Assembly: GCA_964187785.1 (NCBI GenBank)
Contig: OZ076417.1
Span: 45,818,001-45,882,000 of the forward strand
DNA: 64,000 bases
Source of the DNA: Amphiscolops sp. MND2022
Lineage: Eukaryota
Direction of reading: 5' to 3'
The position numbers were made by a program, and so were the translations under genes. This document shows positions 61,641-64,000 of the stretch, piece after piece. Within the stretch, counting starts at the first letter, position 1, and the number at the start of each line of letters is the position of its first letter. The notes under the pieces were generated by a model that worked only from the letters and a program-made list of their open reading frames with translations, was not told where the DNA came from and ran no database searches.

Positions 61641-63593
61641 CCCGTACCGAGGTGCATGCATGGGATCGCATGGTCCATGTAAAAACTCACATCCCATGCA
61701 TGGCCATGCATGGACCATGCATGGCCATGCATGGGACTAATCGTGAAAATTGAAAAACTTCAAATCGCGAAAAAAAGTTTTGAATTCATTTTTTTTGGAA
61801 ACTTGAAGTTGCGTCAAAGAAAAACTTCCATTTGAAAAAAATTTCTAACTTTGAAAAATTCGAAGTTGATTGATGGACGCGGCCATTTTGAATTTTATCT
61901 TTTTTGGTTGTCACCTTTTTTGGTTGTCCCTCAGAGCAAGGGAAGCAGGAAGCTCTCCTCCACATAATGCTGGGGCCCTTAGATAGGAGTGACAGATATC
62001 ACAATTTGAGCGGACTTTCTTGAGCGGAATTTCACGGCGGACTCTTGTTTTTCTCGTATCGATCTTTCGCTTCTCATCCTCGTCACCGTCGTAATCAAAA
62101 CCATCGAAAAAGTTTTGAAACGAAGAAATGTGGACGAACTAATAAAGTTTGGTTTTTAGAGATTGATGTTGTCAGATTTGGAATTAATTGAAGGTCTGAC
62201 GAAAAACACGAGAAATTATGTCCATGATGGCTACATAGACGTTATTCCTTTGACATTTTTTGGGTCTTATGAGATGTTTTTTTTTTCAGATCCATGAATA
62301 ATGAATGTTCACGATAGTAAATTTATTTCAACTCATCGTCCCAAAGGAACTTTCTTGGTAAGATTGTATACATTGTGTATAAGAAATTTCGTCAAGTTCC
62401 TAATATTAGGTCCTGAGAAATAGATGAAAATGTTTAAAAAAATATGTCAAAAATCACGATTTTCCTAATCACAAATCATCTAATTTCTCAAAACCTATTG
62501 ACATGGTTACGCTCAAACTTTTCAAAATTATTGTCCACCTTATGAGGATCGTATGTATAAAATTTCATCAATTTCCTATTTATAGGATCTGAGAAATAGC
62601 CAAAAATGATTGAAAAAATGTTAGAAATTGCGATTTTTCATCTCAAATTCATTATAATCTCAAGAAGTTGGTTTTTAGAGATTGATGTTGTCAGATTTGG
62701 AATTAATTGAAGGTCTGACGAAAAACACGAGAAATTATGTCCATGATGGCTACATAGACGTTATTCCTTTGACATTTTTTGGGTCTTATGAGATGTTTTT
62801 TTTTCAGATCCATGAATAATGAATGTTCACGATAGTAAATTTATTTCAACTCATCGTCCCAAAGGAACTTTCTTGGTAAGATTGTATACATTGTGTATAA
62901 GAAATTTCGTCAAGTTCCTAATATTAGGTCCTGAGAAATAGATGAAAATGTTTAAAAAAATATGTCAAAAATCACGATTTTCCTAATCACAAATCATCTA
63001 ATTTCTCAAAACCTATTGACATGGTTACGCTCAAACTTTTCAAAATTATTGTCCACCTTATGAGGATCGTATGTATAAAATTTCATCAATTTCCTATTTA
63101 TAGGATCTGAGAAATAGCCAAAAATGATTGAAAAAATGTTAGAAATTGCGATTTTTCATCTCAAATTCATTATAATCTCAAGAACTATCGAGACGATTTT
63201 GCTCAAACTTTCCACAATTGTTCTACATTTTATGAGGATTGTGTATAAGAAGTTTCGTCAAGTTCCTAATTTTAGGTCCTGAGGCTTTCCCCCAATATGC
63301 TTTTTACCCAATCTCTGAAGGCACATTTCTAACATTGTTTCTGAATTGAATATTTTTACTGAATTTTTTTCATCTCAGAAAAGGCCATAGATAAGTTTTT
63401 AATTAGGCCAGGTGTTTCATTGCCTTTCTAGAAGTCGTTTTCGGGCGTTTTTACGATTGCTTTTCCCCTCAAAACCATGCATGGCCATGCATGGTCCATG
63501 CATGGTCCATGCAATTCCATGCTTAAAAGTGACATGGCCCATGCCATGATTAGCATGGACCATGCATGGGATCGCATGGGACCTCAGTACGGG
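61641..63593. mobile_element. Putative CMC-like non-autonomous element with CCATGCATGG subterminal arrays
   Basis: CCCGTAC(C/T)GAGGT inverted at both ends, flanked by CA/CA. Palindromic CCATGCATGG arrays at 61655-61735 and 63475-63580. Confidence 0.6.
62148..63184. repeat. 519-bp tandem duplication, essentially identical copies
   Basis: GGTTTTTAGAGATTGATG at 62151 and 62670. The only difference I saw is a T10 versus T9 run. Confidence 0.95.
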
Positions 63594-64000
63594 CATGCCT
63601 TCTAGGACCATGCTGAGAATTGTTGAAAAGTTCTATGAGACGTCTGCACTGGGCAAGACTAGCAGAACAGCCAGTCTTGGACACCCCGTCATCGGAGAAG
63701 TATTAGCAAAAACGAGCGGTTGAACCCAAAAACGTGCTTTTACACATTGCGTGAATAAACGACACAAGTTAACTATATTCAGGGATTCTCAAATAGCAGG
63801 TGCTAAACACTCGTTTATTACAGAATCAATGTACTTTGATGGTATTTCAGCAAGACGCTACTAAATGTAGCGAGTTCTGCAAAACGAGGCTTGTTGCGTA
63901 ATTAACTAATCTCAGTGCTTGGAGCCAGCTGGTAATTGTGTGTCTGCCATGATGCTATCCAGTATTTTTGGTCATTGTGAGTAATTACTTGATTATGCTG

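Overview
AT-rich animal (invertebrate-like) nuclear DNA dominated by transposable elements. It is not prokaryotic: there are no operons, no CRISPR array, no rRNA and no intact tRNA. All coordinates and alignments were done by eye. (1) An intact, recently inserted BEL/Pao LTR retrotransposon (430-7824, minus strand) has a 1685-aa gag-pol, ~98.5% identical LTRs, a tRNA-Tyr-type PBS and a TGGTT TSD. It is nested inside a ~1.47-kb solo LTR of another family (26-8890, TCATA TSD) that carries a frameshifted ORF running off its 3' end. (2) The only host-gene piece I can support is the terminal (M4) exon of a Cys-loop ligand-gated ion channel subunit (10519-10681, minus), so much of the remaining sequence may be intronic. 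(3) Decayed autonomous elements: a CR1/L2-type LINE, an IS630/Tc1-type transposon, a hAT element with an 8-bp TSD, and a Tc1 DD34E element whose transposase is split by a 731-bp GT...AG-bounded insert; removing the insert restores an open 333-aa ORF. (4) About 11 copies of a Helentron-associated (DINE-1/HINE-like) family with covarying terminal hairpins, some carrying tRNA-like segments. (5) A tRNA-headed SINE with a CORE-like motif, CCC...GGG MITEs with variable 2-bp TSDs, foldback/palindromic elements, and two near-perfect tandem duplications (1.81 kb and 519 bp). I found no clearly new multi-gene system. The best leads are the splice-compatible insert in the Tc1 transposase, the tRNA-bearing HINEs and the ORF-bearing solo LTR. 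Most short ORFs in the track are spurious repeat read-throughs.
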